This document shows, one piece after another, positions 1 to 15,620 of a stretch of 64,000 nucleotides of DNA (positions are counted from its first letter, which is position 1; the number at the start of each line of letters is the position of its first letter). The translations under genes were made by a program, and so were the position numbers. This DNA comes from the human T2T-CHM13v2.0 reference genome, Homo sapiens, in assembly GCA_009914755.4 (NCBI GenBank), contig CP068257.2, forward strand, positions 35,072,001 through 35,136,000, given 5' to 3'. The notes beneath the pieces are model-generated. The model had not been told where the DNA came from, did not search any database, and was given only the letters and a program-made list of their open reading frames with translations.

Positions 1-353
1 GTCAATGGGAGCAATTTTTAGCAAGTGCAACTGTGTCACTTTGGATTATTTAATAAGTTAACTGTCCTATTTAATACTGATTCTCTAAATCAATATTAGC
101 GACTCATATGTATTGTCACAGTCCACCAATGCCCAGACAAGTTAGACTGTGAGCCCGAGGACTTCAGAAGATGCATTAACCACTGCAGGCCACCAAATAG
201 CCTTCCTAAGCCTTGCCCTACTTCTCTACCAGGAAGGGGTTTATACTCACACAACTACCAGCTGAAGGGATTGGTATTGCTAATACCTTGGGACCTCCGT
301 GTACTGCTTTTTCCTACAGAGCAAAGTGTAGAGGCAAAATGATTGCTCTTGGG

Positions 354-667
354 GCCAGGCATGGTTGCTCACACCTGTAATCCCAGTACTTTGGGAGGCT
401 GAGGTGGGGGGCGGGTGGATCACCTGAAGTCAGGAGTTAGAGACCAGCCTGGCCAACATAGTGAAACCCCGTCTCTACCAAAAATACAAAAATTAGCCTG
501 GCGTGGTGGTGCACACCTGTAGTCCCATCTACTCTCTACTCGGGAGGCTGAGGCACGAGAACCACTTGAACCCAGGAGATGGAGGTTGCATGAACCAAGA
601 TCATACCACTACACTCCATTCAGGTATCACAGCAAGACTCTGTCTCCAAAAAAAAAAAAAAAAAAAG
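354..667 (+). mobile_element. Full-length Alu (sense) with a ~23-nt A-tail, flanked by the 16-bp target-site duplication aatgattgctcttggg (338-353 and 668-683)
   Basis: ggccaggcatggttgctcacacctgtaatcccag ... gactctgtctccaaaaaaaaa. The direct repeats on either side were read directly from the sequence. Confidence 0.9.
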
Positions 668-2099
668 AATGATTGCTCTTGGGAATTTCACCACTAAGAT
701 GCCAAAAAACCATGGCACATCAGCTGGCCTATAATGAGGTGGGTCTACGTTCCAGTGAATTTATTCCATCTTTCAGACTATATCACGTGGAATTTTCTTA
801 TAGTCTTTCTCCCCCTTTAAAACAATCCTAAGGTTATTAAAGATACTCCTTTCAGTACTGCCTTCCCCACCCCTTGGGCTACACTATTCAGCTGTTTTTT
901 AAAGAACAGAATTGTAACTTGCATTATCAATAGAGAACATTCCTGGAGAAAACACAGATGTTTTCTGGCTCGTGTCACACAGGCGGTTCTGAAATCTACG
1001 AAGTTATATGAGGACTTCCTGGCACCGTGAGAGGAAGGTTGGGAGGCAGTATTACTCAGCCAGACCAAAATGATTTTATTTATTCCACATGCCTAAAAAT
1101 ATGTTTGAACATAATGTGCCATAATTTTTCTGGTGATTTCTATGAATCAGTTTTTAATTATGAATAATGTTTTTAGAGATACTCCTGAGAAATTGTACCC
1201 AAGTTTCCCTTGACAGCCATCACATAAAGTATCTAAAATGAAGCAGCTTCCACGGCTAACACAGAAAATCAAAGCATGAATTTCTAAAAGATCCATTAGT
1301 CATCTTTGCTGAGAACAAGAGTCTCACGATTCGCACATGCAAAGGGTGGCTGAGAAATTCAGGTCAACAAACATAACTAGAAAAAGACGGTTACTGTCAA
1401 ATAATTGTTCAAAGGAGTTTTGTACAAATATAAATTTTGTAACTTCACTTGGAGCCTTTTTTCTTTTCTTCTAGTTAGGAATTTTCTCTGTGTTTGAATT
1501 ATTGCCTTTCTAATCCTCAGCTGACGTTTTGCAGCTTTTAAGGGATCGCTGTGGCTACAGCAGGAAACGTTCCTGCTCCATGGCCCAACGCAGGCCACTC
1601 AGAAATTAAAATGTTTGTGCAAGATAATGAGTATGAATTTCCATTTCTGGGATTTACTTTTAGAAAATCCAGCTACTGAAACTCAATCAAGGAGGGTCCA
1701 AGTGACACCCTGTCAAAGAACAGATGGGTGGGGTCAGCTCTGGAATTCAAGTACTTTTCGCAGGTGTATCTCTCCTGGAAACCACTTTCCTGCATTTGTC
1801 AGAGCTCACAGCTTCTGCGAAAATGTCGGCTAGGGATCAGGCTAAACAGAAGTACAAATAACTCAAGTAGCTTTCAGTGGAGCACCCTTAATGTTGCTTA
1901 AACAGGGAGGTATTTTCTGGTCAATTACCTTAAGTAGACTCCAGTAAACGCGAAAATTATTTTTGCATGAGTAACAACAGCGCTTATCTTTTTCCTTCCC
2001 CGGCTCCCAACTATCCAGGAATAAAGCAAATTCACACAGGAGTATTCCAGGACTCACAACCTTGTTTAGATTGTTTAAAAGGAATTGGAGGCTGTGGCT

Positions 2100-4100
2100 T
2101 TCCATCCAGTGTCGAGAGCTCCCGAGCAAGTTGAACGTGGCGCCGGCTGCTTAGCCAGAGGAAGCCAGCGTCTACCTGTGTCACTGAACGGCGCTCCTCC
2201 CACGGCGACACCTCCGTGCTCTTTTTGCTTGTATTTATTCAAAAATTAGATTTGTCAATAACGCAGGGCCTGGCAAATAGGAGGACCTCTCCAAAATTAA
2301 ATGCAAGATTGAACATAGGTCTCTCACATCATAATAAAGCGGTTTAATTTGGCTTCCACCGGGGGAGCGGAATAGCACTTGCCCAGCCCCTTTGAGCCCT
2401 GCGCACACTCGCACCACCGCCGCCTCTCCCACAAAGAGAAAAGCCACGAGAAGGGTCCCGACTGTGCAAATCTGTGTGCCCTCCCGAGGAAGGCGCCCGA
2501 GGGCTCACTCTGCCTGGTTCAAAAGCTTGTGGGAGAGAAGCACCCAAAAGAATTCCGTTGTCAGGTTAAAGTCTTTGTCTATACTCGCAGGATGGGAAGG
2601 ACGATGGTGCAATCACCGAGATTATTTTGTTTTCGTCCTCTAAAAAATGAAGAGGGGACTGGAGTCGGGACCAAAATTATTGGCAGACCGCACGGTTTGC
2701 AGTCACCCTGAAGTTACCAGCAGCCGATGCTGTGTCCAGGGAAAATATTCTTGAGCTGGAAAACGTGCTAATTTAAAGTCTTTCGTTTCACACGAAAATG
2801 TGCTGCACTCTTTGACTGCTCAGGAATTTGCTCTAGCACCTAGAAGGAATTCTGGCTTAGGGCAGGGGCGAGGGACAGTGGAGGGCGTTGGACCTTCTTC
2901 CGCAATCGGGACCACTCCAGGTCTCCCCGGAGAAGGCTGAGTCTCCAGCGCGTGGATTCAGATCAGGACTCTGTCTAAGTAGGCGAGAGCTGGGGATACC
3001 GCTGGGGGCTTTGGCGAAGCTAAGAAAGCACTGGCTTCTTATTCTCACCAGACATCTCAACACCCACGTGCGCTGGGTCCCGCAGTCTCTCGCCCGCCCC
3101 ACGCGGGTCCGAGCCCTGGTCCTTACTCCCCGCGCGGGAAGAATCTGGGGAGGGTGGGGGCGGAGAGGCGGCTGATCGGAGAGTGGGAGGGAGGATGGGA
3201 GATGGGCAGAGGCTGCCCGCATCAGGGCCAGGACAGACGTCCGCGCGGCCCCAGGCACTCACTTGAGTGTCACGCAAGTCACCCCAACACCGCACAAGAC
3301 AGTGGCGGGGTGCGCACCGAGGCCCCTACCTGGGGGGTGTGCGCGCACTGAACGACCCCTTCTCCAGGTGCGCGAGCCGCTCCGGCGGCCGTGCACACTG
3401 CGCCCCCTTCCGCCCACCTGCCTGGCCTGCGTTTCTAACCACGCGGGCGGTCCCGAGACTTCGCGCAAAAGGCAGGACCGCGACTCCCAATAATGATATC
3501 TTCGAAATAACCCCCTGCTGAGCCGGCGCCCAGGGCCGGGGGTAGAGTCCCGAGTCCCTTTTGCGGAATTAAGGAGACCTCTGGCGACCGGGGAGCCTGC
3601 CCCTGTGACCGCTCCAGCAGCCCCTGCCGCGTGCGTGCCCGAGTGTGGCCCGCAGCTCCCAAAGCCCAGGTGTGTGTGGCCTAGGGCGGGGAGAGTTGGC
3701 GACCCGGGCCCATCACCGCCCCAGTGCCACCGCCCCAGTGCCTGACCAGATGGGGTGCGGTCCCTACGCCCGGCGTGGCCCCGCCGCCGCTCAGATCTGA
3801 AGTCCGGCTTTCGCTCGCCCTGCGCGGCGGAACCTCTGACCCGGAGCAGCTCTAGGCCGTGGGCTTCGTCTCCTCCTCCTGGAAGGAATGAATGGGCTCC
3901 CCGACACACACCTCTCAGAAAACTCACCTTTCACGCTGACCTTCAAAAGAAAAGAAAGAAAGAAAAAGAAAAATCCGCTCGAAGCGGGAAAATGTCCACG
4001 CCCGGATTTGGGGTGGACACGCGCCCCGGCCTGGCTGGAGGGGCCAACCCAGCGGGGCCCGCCTGCCCGCCGGCCTTTCTGTAACTTTCTCTCTTTAAAC
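2100..4100. promoter_or_regulatory. Upstream CpG island A (core ~2860-4090), ~6-8 kb 5' of the SIM2 ATG
   Basis: High GC and dense CpG (cgcgcgggaag, ccgcccgccccacgcgg, gccgccgccgctc and so on). Contains the G-rich run 3147-3208. Confidence 0.7.
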
Positions 4101-6049
4101 TTCCAATGAATGAACGTGCCTCTTCTTACGGATTTGTTTAGATTAGGGAATAGATTCCTCGCTGATAGCGTTGCTTTGCAAATAAGACCTCCTATATTAT
4201 TCAAACCAAACGAGTTTGTGTCTTTAAAGGACTATAGCAGCCCCATTCTATGTTAAGGGTTGGCTATTACAATTATTATATGCTTAGGGAAAAAATGTAA
4301 GCCCCGTAGTTTGTGCTTTTCTTGATGTACAGAAAGGTTTATCTTAGGTGGATAGGTTTTGTTTTGTTTCTTAAATGGGATTTTTTTGGTTCGTGTCTTT
4401 GAAGGGCTGTTTCGCGACGTCATTAATGAACTAATCGGTTTTCAGATTTCAAGACGGTGTGTAATTGATGTAACCACTGAGGAATTTCAGTGCACACCAG
4501 ACTAAGACTCTTCCAGCGCAGGGGATTCCAGATGCTTCTTGGGCCCTCTGGAAGCCATGGGGATGTTTCCAGACCGAAAGGAGGGCTTTGCTGGGGAGCA
4601 GATGTGCTGCCTCTCCCCGACCCAGGATTTTGAGGCCGTGTTTCCGTTAATCTGGACCGAGAGCCCTCTGGGAGAGGGAGGCAGGTCGTAGGGGGCGGGG
4701 GTGAGGGGGAGCGAGATGAGGTCGTCGCTGGACGCTGGGCTCCCTTGTCGTTGTCCTTTTCCCCAGAATCCATGGTCAGGCCTAGGGAGCCACCCCTGGG
4801 TGCTCGAGATGAGTCCCCACCCTCACTGAAGGTCGGTCACTGGATGTTTGTGTGCATCGTAAGGGGCCCACCGAAGTCCCGAAGCCTTCTCAGGGACCAG
4901 CGAGAAAGAGGAGCAGGCTTGGGAGACAGGGAAGGAAAATGCAGGGGAAAGGGCTCACCCCTCGACCCCAGGTAAAATTAGAAGGAACGTGTGGCAACCC
5001 AGGTGCAGCTTTGGTCGCTCGCTCAAGGACTTTGCTAGTCACTACCATTAATTAATTAATCACTATCATTAACTACCAAGGACACCGTTTTTATTCCCCT
5101 AAAAGCGTCACCTTGAGGGGAATGGAGAATTGGGCAGCAGCTATGCAAATCCTGGGACAGGAGACACTGCCTGAGGACCCTCTCTCACTCCCAATCCCAG
5201 AACCCGAAGTTATCCCCGACAACCAAGTCCAAGCACATGAACCAAGACGATCAGCTTCAGGCAGCTCCTTACCCCCACAAGCGGCCCAGGAGGTGGGCAT
5301 TATCCCCCACCCCTGGGATTTCTCCATCCCTCCCTCTTCTCTCCTGCGGGAGAGAGAGCTGTGGTCACCCAGTTGGGCGCGATGGCTCTGGACTAATGGG
5401 GTCTCTAGACCCAGGGCACAAAGGCCAATCTGCCAGGGGTTACTGCATGTAATGAGATAATCAGACATGTTGACCAACCTAAAAGAAAAGACTCTCCCAG
5501 GGAGTAACTCCCAGTGAAATAATTTATTAAAAAAAGCAAAAAAGAGACATAAATTTCTCTCTACTACTTGAGGAAACAGCAAACAGAACGAATTAGGGTC
5601 TTGGCCTCTGCAGGAATAAATTATTTCCGACTTGGTCTGGATACCTGTAATTATTTGTAAGCTGTGGGTAGTAATACTGTAATTGTCCCCCGGTCCTTTC
5701 TGGAAGTAGCAATGACCCCAAGGACAATTGGTGACGTCTCCACAGGGTTTACACATGGAAAGGAGTGAAAAATCGAGGAATTCTTTCAGATAGCCCAGAC
5801 CAAAAATCCTCCCAGCCATGAAAAGGTCATATATGTGATGCTGGGCCAAGCGGACTTTTCTGGAGTAACCATATCATAACTGATTGCGGATGTAGACAAG
5901 AGCGTATAAACCAAATAGGCTTGAATCAACGCAGTCCTGGATTTTCTGTTGCCTCTGCTTGCTGGGGCAGTGGAAGTTCTTAAACTCCACTTCAGAGGTT
6001 GGAAATTCTTCCCCCTCCCCCACCTCCTTAGTGACAAGGTCTCTGATCT

Positions 6050-6680
6050 CCTGCTGCCACTGCAATAGCCTCTCCCATCCCGCGGGGAACGGCCGGAGTT
6101 CTTCCCTTGATCTCTCCCGAGTCGGCTTCCGCTGGGGATGGATCGCAGGTAGGCGCCGGCGCGGCCTGGGGAAGAACAGTTGCGGAGCATCTGAAGCGGA
6201 AAATCCAAGCAGATGTGAGGCGATCCGGGCCCGCCTCGTTCCTCTTGGGGCCTGAATTTCTTCCAGATAAGTTTCCTAATGGAACATTTCTAAGAGGTGG
6301 GGTACGAGGCGGCTTGCTCGCACGCGCAGTGGGACAGACTGCGGGTGGGGACGTACTGAGAGGTCCGGACCTCAATGCGTCCGACCCGTCTCCACACCGC
6401 CCTTTTCCAGCCCCCAGTCTCCTTTCATTCCCTACTCTTCAGGCTCCTTTGGGGCCAGTGGGTGAACCGCCATTTAGAACGGTGCCTCGGACTCGGGGGT
6501 CGTGCGCTCCATCTCTGCCTCCCCCCTGGGGCCCGCGAGGCTGGTCCGGGCTTTCTGAGCTGGGCGTTCGGCTTTAGGCCCAATACCTGGACCAGGAATT
6601 TCTTCTCCCCGCGCCAGAAGGGAAAGACATAGGAGGTGTCCCAATCTGCGGTCACCGCCGATGCTCCTGACCACTCTAGT
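6050..6680. promoter_or_regulatory. CpG island B
   Basis: CpG-dense GC-rich block (cccgcggggaacggccgg, gcgccggcgcggcc, cgcacgcgcag). Confidence 0.6.
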
Positions 6681-6964
6681 GAGCACCTGCCCGGTACTTT
6701 TCCATTCCAACAGAGCTTCCAGCTTCATACTAACTATCCCACATACGGCCTGTGGGTATTAGCTCTAAGTGTCCTTTTCCGAGGGCCCGAGGCTCCCCCT
6801 CCAGCAGGGAGAGCTCCGGGACGGCCCCCACCAAGGGTTGGGTTTCTTCCTTCACAATTCCACAGAGGCATCCCTGTCCTTCCTACCTGGGAAACCTCGA
6901 GGTGCGGTGCCCGTGTACTTCTGGTACTTTGCGTGGTGCCATCAGGGACCCCAGAGCCACAGCT

Positions 6965-7013
6965 GCGTGTGTGTGTGGATGTGTGTGTGTGTGTGCGCGC
7001 GCGCGCGTGTACG
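6965..7013. repeat. (GT)n then (GC)n alternating purine-pyrimidine microsatellite with Z-DNA-forming potential
   Basis: gcgtgtgtgtgtggatgtgtgtgtgtgtgtgcgcgcgcgcgcgtgtacg. Confidence 0.9.
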
Positions 7014-8899
7014 GCGAAAGGATGTGCTTGGGGGAGCCGAGTACACAACGTCTGCTTGGGCAGCTGCTGGGCAGGCGTTGGGCCTGGAGGTATCTCACAC
7101 CCACGTATCTTCCAGTCTTCAAACACGGCATTGCTCTGCCTCCCGTAGCGCGCTTCGAACCTGCCTCGCGGACACGTGAACAGAGGCTGTCCCTGGGAAG
7201 ATAAGTGCGCTTTCCCGTAAAATCCGGGAAATTTGCCTTGAGGAAAGTTTCCGTTCTTGTTACTTGTCGGGTTTCTCCCACTTCCACTTAGCCATGTTTC
7301 TGCGATCTGGGTAATCCCTTTCAAGCCCAGGAGGAATTCTCCCGGGTCCATAATTGAGGGTCGGAAGCCGTGGGGGTGAGAAACGCATTAAATCCTCCCG
7401 AAGCCCAGGAGGTGCCAGAGCGGGCTCAGGGGGCCGCCTGCGGAAGCTGCGGCAGGGGCTGGGTCCGTAGCCTCTAACCCCTTGGAGCCCCTTCTCCCAG
7501 AGGCCCGGAGCCGGCAGCTGTCAGCGCAGCCAGGAGCGGGATCCTGGGCGCGGAGGTGGGTCCGACTCGCCAGGCTTGGGCATTGGAGACCCGCGCCGCT
7601 AGCCCATGGCCCTCTGCTCAAGCCGCTGCAACAGGAAAGCGCTCCTGGATCCGAAACCCCAAAGGAAAGCGCTGTTACTCTGTGCGTCCGGCTCGCGTGG
7701 CGTCGCGGTTTCGGAGCACCAAGCCTGCGAGCCCTGGCCACGATGTGGACTCCGCAAGGGGCTAGGGACAGGCAGGGGGAGAGCCCGGGTTTGCGCACAC
7801 CTTCCAGCCCCTGGAGGGAGCCTGCTCGGCTTCGAACGCCTTCGAACTTTTGACCTTCAAAGGAGTCCCTGGAAAAGGTCAGGAGCGCCTGCTGCAGGCA
7901 CGGTTGCCGAAGGCCAGGCCTTCCTGGCGCAGGGGAGGGCCAGGGGAGGGAAGCGGATACTCAGTCGCTGTCCGACGGCGAGTTTTCGGAGCAGCAGGCT
8001 CATGATCCCGGGCCAGTGGCGAGAGCAGTGACACCGAGAACCCAAATCTCCGCGCCCCCATCCGCGGCCCGGTGTCCTCCCGGCCCCTGCTGACCTCCAG
8101 GTCACGCACCCCACTGCTCCACGGCTCTGCAGCCTGTGGCACACGGCCGAGAGTCCCCACATGATCTCGACGCCAAGGTAAGGAATTGCCCTGCGTCCTC
8201 TGAGCCTGTCTCTGGCCTGGGGGGCCGGGAAAGCTGCACTCCTGGAAGAGGTGGGGTTATGTGACCGCCGCTGCAGGGGTGCGCGGAGGACTCCTGGGCC
8301 GCACACCCATTTCCAGGCTGCGGGAGCCGGACAGGGGAGGGCAGAGGGGGGACAAAAGGACTCTTTAGGTCCAAAATGACCCTGAAGGAGAGTCCAGAAT
8401 GCCCAGTGGCCGCGTCTGCAACGGAGTCTTCTTTCTCCAATTGCCTTCTGCCCCATCACCATGGGCCCCACCTGCGCCACCTGCGCCCACCCTGTGACCC
8501 TGGCTCAGCGACCTTGGCCCTTAATCGCCCAACGCCGATTCCTCAAAATTCCGGCTGCGCTGAATCGGGCTGCTTTTGCCGCCGCCCCGGCAGTTGGGCC
8601 CTGTTTCCGCCGGCGCCCTGGGAGAGGCCTCACCACTCGGCTGGGCTCCCTGGCCCCTCCCTTCCCCTGGCCTGAGCGCCCCTGCGGCCTCCCGCTCCTC
8701 CTGAGAAGGCGACAATCTCTTTGCACCTTAGTGTTTCGAGGACAGAAAGGGCAGAAGGGTCACTTCGGAGCCACTCGCGCCGTTTTCACGTGTGTGTGTA
8801 ATGGGGGGAGGGGGGCTCCCGGCTTTCCCCTTTTCAGCTCTTGGACCTGCAACACCGGGAGGGCGAGGACGCGGGACCAGCGCACCCTCGGAAGGCTCG

Positions 8900-10833
<1,934 letters not shown>

Positions 10834-13127
10834 TGAGGCCCAAGCACTGCAGGCTGAGGCCACAGAGCGAACACTTGTGCTGAGCCGGGCCCTCTCGTGA
10901 GGCTGGGGTGCGGGAAGTCCGGGCAGGAGAGACCCGCCCCCGCCGTTGCTGAGCTGAGACCCGGCTGAAAGAGAGGGGTCCGATTAATTCGAAAATGGCA
11001 GACAGAGCTGAGCGCTGCCGTTCTTTTCAGGATTGAAAATGTGCCAGTGGGCCAGGGGCGCTGGGACCCGCGGTGCGGAAGACTCGGAACAGGAAGAAAT
11101 AGTGGCGCGCTGGGTGGGCTGCCCCGCCGCCCACGCCGGTTGCCGCTGGTGACAGTGGCTGCCCGGCCAGGCAACTCCGAGCAGCAGGTCTGAGCGTTTT
11201 TGGCGTCCCAAGCGTTCCGGGCCGCGTCTTCCAGAGCCTCTGCTCCCAGCGGGGTCGCTGCGGCCTGGCCCGAAGGATTTGACTCTTTGCTGGGAGGCGC
11301 GCTGCTCAGGGTTCTGGTGGGTCCTCTGGGCCCAGGAGCTGGGAGGGCTGCGCCGGCCTCTGGAGCCCCGGGAGCCAGTGCCGAGGTAGGGAGACAACTT
11401 CCGCCGCAGGGCGCCGGACGGTCGGGGCAGAGCAGGCGACAGGTGTCCCTAGGCCGCAGGGCGCTTCCATAGCGCCATCCCCACCAGGCACTCTACTCGA
11501 AATCGGAAAGCTCGACCTTTTGCGTTCGCCTCTGCCAAGCCTGTTATTTGTGCTGGCCGCTGGGTCTGGAGCTGCGCTTCTCGGCCCCTCCCCGGTGGAG
11601 CGCAGAGGGCTGGTCTGCAAGCGCGGCCTCCAGCCCCGCGGCTCCCCGGCCCAGGAGCCAGGCGCGGGCTGACCCGGGAGCACCCGGCAGCGGAGGGGGC
11701 TGGAAGCGGACCCTAGGCCTCTCCTGTGCCACCCGGCCCTACCGCGCGGCCGCGGGGCGCTCTCCTCTCGGGCGCAGCGGTCCTTCAGCCCAGGGCAGGT
11801 TCCTCCCTTTCCTACTCGGAACGTGGCAAAGATACCCCAGTCCCAGCCCCTCCAGCTGAGAGCTGTTGCCCAAGGTCGTCGCTACTTGTCCGCTCAATGG
11901 TGACCCCTTGGCAGAGAACTAGGGATGATTCCACTCCGGTTGATGTTTTAGGGGAAATTAAAAGAACATTCGGTTTTCTGAGTCTCCTTCCGGGGAGGCG
12001 TGGTGGTAACTGGTTTGCTGGGAAGAGCCGTTCCTTAACCGCATGCAACAAAGCAGGTGTGGAATCCGGACGAGAGGGCACTCACTGCCTTCTGCCCCCT
12101 TTGGAAATAGAAAAAGCCTTCGAAGCAACAATCCAAAGATCAAATGATTTGCGGTCAATGATTTCAATTAAACCAGAAATTAGTAAGGGAGGGCCGAGAA
12201 GACACGGCTGCTCAGAAGCTGTTCGCTGTTTGAGGGATTTCCCGGAGAGCCTGTTAAAAGATGCGAAGTGGTGGGTGTACCGCTCAGCCACCTTTAAACC
12301 GGCTCTGTGCGTTCTGGCTCTGGAAAGCAAGTCTCCAGGCATTTGGGCTCAGAATTGCTGGGCCCCGAGTTTGGGCGGGGGTGGTCCTTCTGGGGGTCAG
12401 GCCTTGAGCAGCTTGCACTGGTGGCAGGTTTGGGAGCAGTTGAGGGGCTTCCTGTGTGTCTTTTGGAGGGGGTGACCCTGGAAGTTGGCACTCTGGAAGG
12501 GAGCTGTTTGGCCCTAGAGTTTTGGAAAGGGCCCTGAACCTGTTCGGTCCCCCTCGGAAAGGGAAGGGAGCAGTGGCTTAGTCCCTCCCTCCTCCATTCG
12601 TGCAATGCCTGGGGTAGGGGTAGACCTGGAGCCGGTGGACTCATATCCTTGGAATTCGTCAGGACAGCTGCTCCGGGGCCTTGGCCCTCAGTCAGTCTGG
12701 GGCTGAGGAGTAGGGAAGCTGGGAACTTGGGGCAGAGGAAGAAGATGCGTTTAGAAAGACCTCCATTATGCAAACTGGAGTCCATTTATGCAAACTGGTC
12801 ACCCTTCCAGTAGCTCCAAAGAGTGGCAGTGGAGTGGCATCTTGATTGATTTAACCTCTTCTCAGGGGACCTGGGTCTGCGAGGGAGGATATGGCTGCGG
12901 GGTTGGAATAGGATCTGTCTGAGCTGCCAGGGTCAGGGTGGTGGCCCTAGGGAGGTTTTAGGGCCAGGGTGGTCCCGGGCTGTGGCAGGGGCTCTCAGAT
13001 CGCCTCGGGCTCTCAGCTGCAAGGTGAAAAATACCATGAGGAATTGATCTGCCAAGGGCGGTCTTGTCTCAAAGCAAGTGGATTGCTGGGGTAAAGAATC
13101 TAGAGACCAGCTTAGGACTCTGGGAGG

Positions 13128-13148
13128 AAAAAAAAAAAAAAAAAAAAA
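13128..13148 (+). repeat. 21-nt poly(A) run, possibly the tail of a short degraded retroelement fragment spanning ~13060-13127
   Basis: gggaggaaaaaaaaaaaaaaaaaaaaaga, preceded by gtcttgtctcaaag ... gagaccagc (weak Alu-like pieces). Confidence 0.5.
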
Positions 13149-14619
13149 GAATAGCATAGTCCTAAGGAACTGCAAGGATCACCAGATTAACCCTTCATAC
13201 CTGGGGAAATTAAGGCCAGACATGACACAGGCCTTTCCCAAGGCTCTGTAGCAAGGGCAATAGCAGGCCAGTTGCTGCCACTGCGGTCCTGTGGGGCATG
13301 TTCTCACTCCACTGCACCCAGGAGGCTGCCAGCCTCTGTTCCTTTTAACATAGATCTCCTCAGTTGTTAAGACAGAAAGAGGAACTCAGAGGGGTCCCTG
13401 TGTGCAAGGCAGAGGGAGACCACCAGAACCAGGGTAAGCACCCCACTTGGTAGCCAGTTCAAGGACTTGGGGATGTTTTCAACATTTACAGCGAGGTTTG
13501 AGGCCCCATTGTCATGCTGCGCTACTCGGCCTCGGTCTCCTTATCTGTAAAATGGGCCCATTAGCAATGCACAGGGTTGCTGTGATGAAGGGTGAGGTCC
13601 CACAAGCAAAAGCTGTGCAGTGAGGGGGGAATCCTAAGCATTGTTCCTATGCCATTCACCCCTTCCTGTGAGCTCCCCATATTCCCTGGCTCAAAGGAGT
13701 CTTGAATGGCAGGGATGGAGGACTCACTGCCTGGACTTTGAAGACCCCTGCTTTCTGGGTGACCACCTTTTCTTCCCTTTGACAGTGAACTAATACATTG
13801 GAGGTAGATAGTGCTGGGAAGAGGACAGGAGAGCACGGCTGACTTTGGACATGGGCTCGAAATTGATAACTTGATGAGTCTTGGAGGGTGGTTAAGATAA
13901 GCTCGGGGCTGGGGCAGCGCTGAGGTCTGATGGTCAGCCAGCCCTCCCCAAAGTGTGGCCCTCCGTTCTGGAGATAGGGGCTTTGGAAACTGCAAAAGCA
14001 TCCTGGCAGGCCAGCTCTGGTTGCTCCCTGGCCATAGCTGCTCTGACTACAGGCAGCAGGACGCAGGTCGGCCTCTGCCCATCGGAGGTCAGAGGCAGGG
14101 CCTCCAGCACCAGACTCAGCAGTGCCACTGCAAACCTGGCACAACAGGCTGGTCCCAGGACTCAGCTCAGTAGTGAAGTTGGAAACCAAGGTTGAGTCTC
14201 CCCATCTCCCTTTCCCCAACCCGAAAGACCCAAGATGGGTGTGGGTGAAAGAGGGAGAAAGAATTGCTACTCCAGAAACTGTCATTTGCCCACACGAAAC
14301 GAGGTGGGGTTCAAGGTCTGAACTCTTCCAGTGCCTGGGTGCCTTTGGGTTTAAATTCAGCTGCAGGTGCCCCCATCACCACTTCCACCTGAGCACACCA
14401 CGAGAAGCCAGGTTATCTTAGAAACTGTTTCCCGGAATCAAAGCGACTTGATTTGGAGAGTTGGGTGAGGAGAAACTCACCCCTATACCCCTCAGGGCGT
14501 CAGAGATGTGAGGCAATTCTCTACCTCCGCTGGAAAAAATGCAGATTTATTAAAGGTCGACTGTTTAGCAGAACAACGTAGATTTTTTACAACGCTTTCC
14601 CCGTCTCTGCTTTGAAGCC

Positions 14620-15620
14620 TGCCAGGCTGCAGCTGGGGATCCAGGAGGGAAAGCCCGCAGGCGCAGAGGGGACAATCCGGGAAGTGGTAAAGGGGACACC
14701 CGGGCACAGGGCCTGTGCTTTCGTTGCAGGCGAGGAAGTGGAGCGCGCGCTGCAGATTCAGCGCGGGGCTAGAGGAGGGGACCTGGATCCCTGAACCCCG
14801 GGGCGGAAAGGGAGCCTCCGGGCGGCTGTGGGTGCCGCGCTCCTCGGAGCCAGCAGCTGCTGGGGCGGCGTCCGAACTCCCCAGGTCTGCGCACGGCAAT
14901 GGGGGCACCGGGCCTTCTGTCTGTCCTCAGAATACGTAGGATACCCGCGGGCGACAAGCCGGGCCAGGCTAGGAGCCTCCTTCCCTGCCCCTCCCCATCG
15001 GCCGCGGGAGGCTTTCTTGGGGCGTCCCCACGACCACCCCCTTCTCACCCGGTCCCCAGTTTGGAAAAAGGCGCAAGAAGCGGGCTTTTCAGGGACCCCG
15101 GGGAGAACACGAGGGCTCCGACGCGGGAGAAGGATTGAAGCGTGCAGAGGCGCCCCAAATTGCGACAATTTACTGGGATCCTTTTGTGGGGAAAGGAGGC
15201 TTAGAGGCTCAAGCTATAGGCTGTCCTAGAGCAACTAGGCGAGAACCTGGCCCCAAACTCCCTCCTTACGCCCTGGCACAGGTTCCCGGCGACTGGTGTT
15301 CCCAAGGGAGCCCCCTGAGCCTACCGCCCTTGCAGGGGGTCGTGCTGCGGCTTCTGGGTCGTAAACGCCGAGGTCGGGGGTGGCGGAGCTGTAGAGGCTG
15401 CCCGCGCAGAAAGCTCCAGGATCCCAATATGTGCTTGCGTGGAGCAGGGAGCGGAAGAGGCAGCCGGTCCTCACCCTCCTCTCCCGCCACGCACATATCC
15501 TTCTTGACTTCGAAGTGGTTTGCAATCCGAAAGTGAGACCTTGAGTCCTCAGATGGCCGGCAACGCGCCGAGGTCACGCTCCCCAGAAACACCCCTCTCC
15601 CCTCCCCTACCCCAGCTCCC
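14620..15620. promoter_or_regulatory. Intronic CpG island D (intron 1)
   Basis: Dense CpG (gagcgcgcgctgcag, gccgcgctcctcgg, cccgcgggcgacaagccgggcc, tcgtaaacgccgaggtcggg). Confidence 0.65.

Noticed and set aside
1563-1577. Inverted repeat CAGGAA-ACG-TTCCTG in the distal 5' flank
   Set aside because: A short 6-3-6 palindrome. The half-site arrangement (GAA..TTC) is the reverse of the STAT TTCnnnGAA motif, and such palindromes occur by chance at this length. Not supportable as a site.
3259-3927. 222-aa minus-strand ORF inside upstream CpG island A
   Set aside because: GC-rich sequence with a low-complexity Arg/Gly/Pro product. It could lie within a non-coding transcript if the island is a promoter, but there is no evidence of protein coding.
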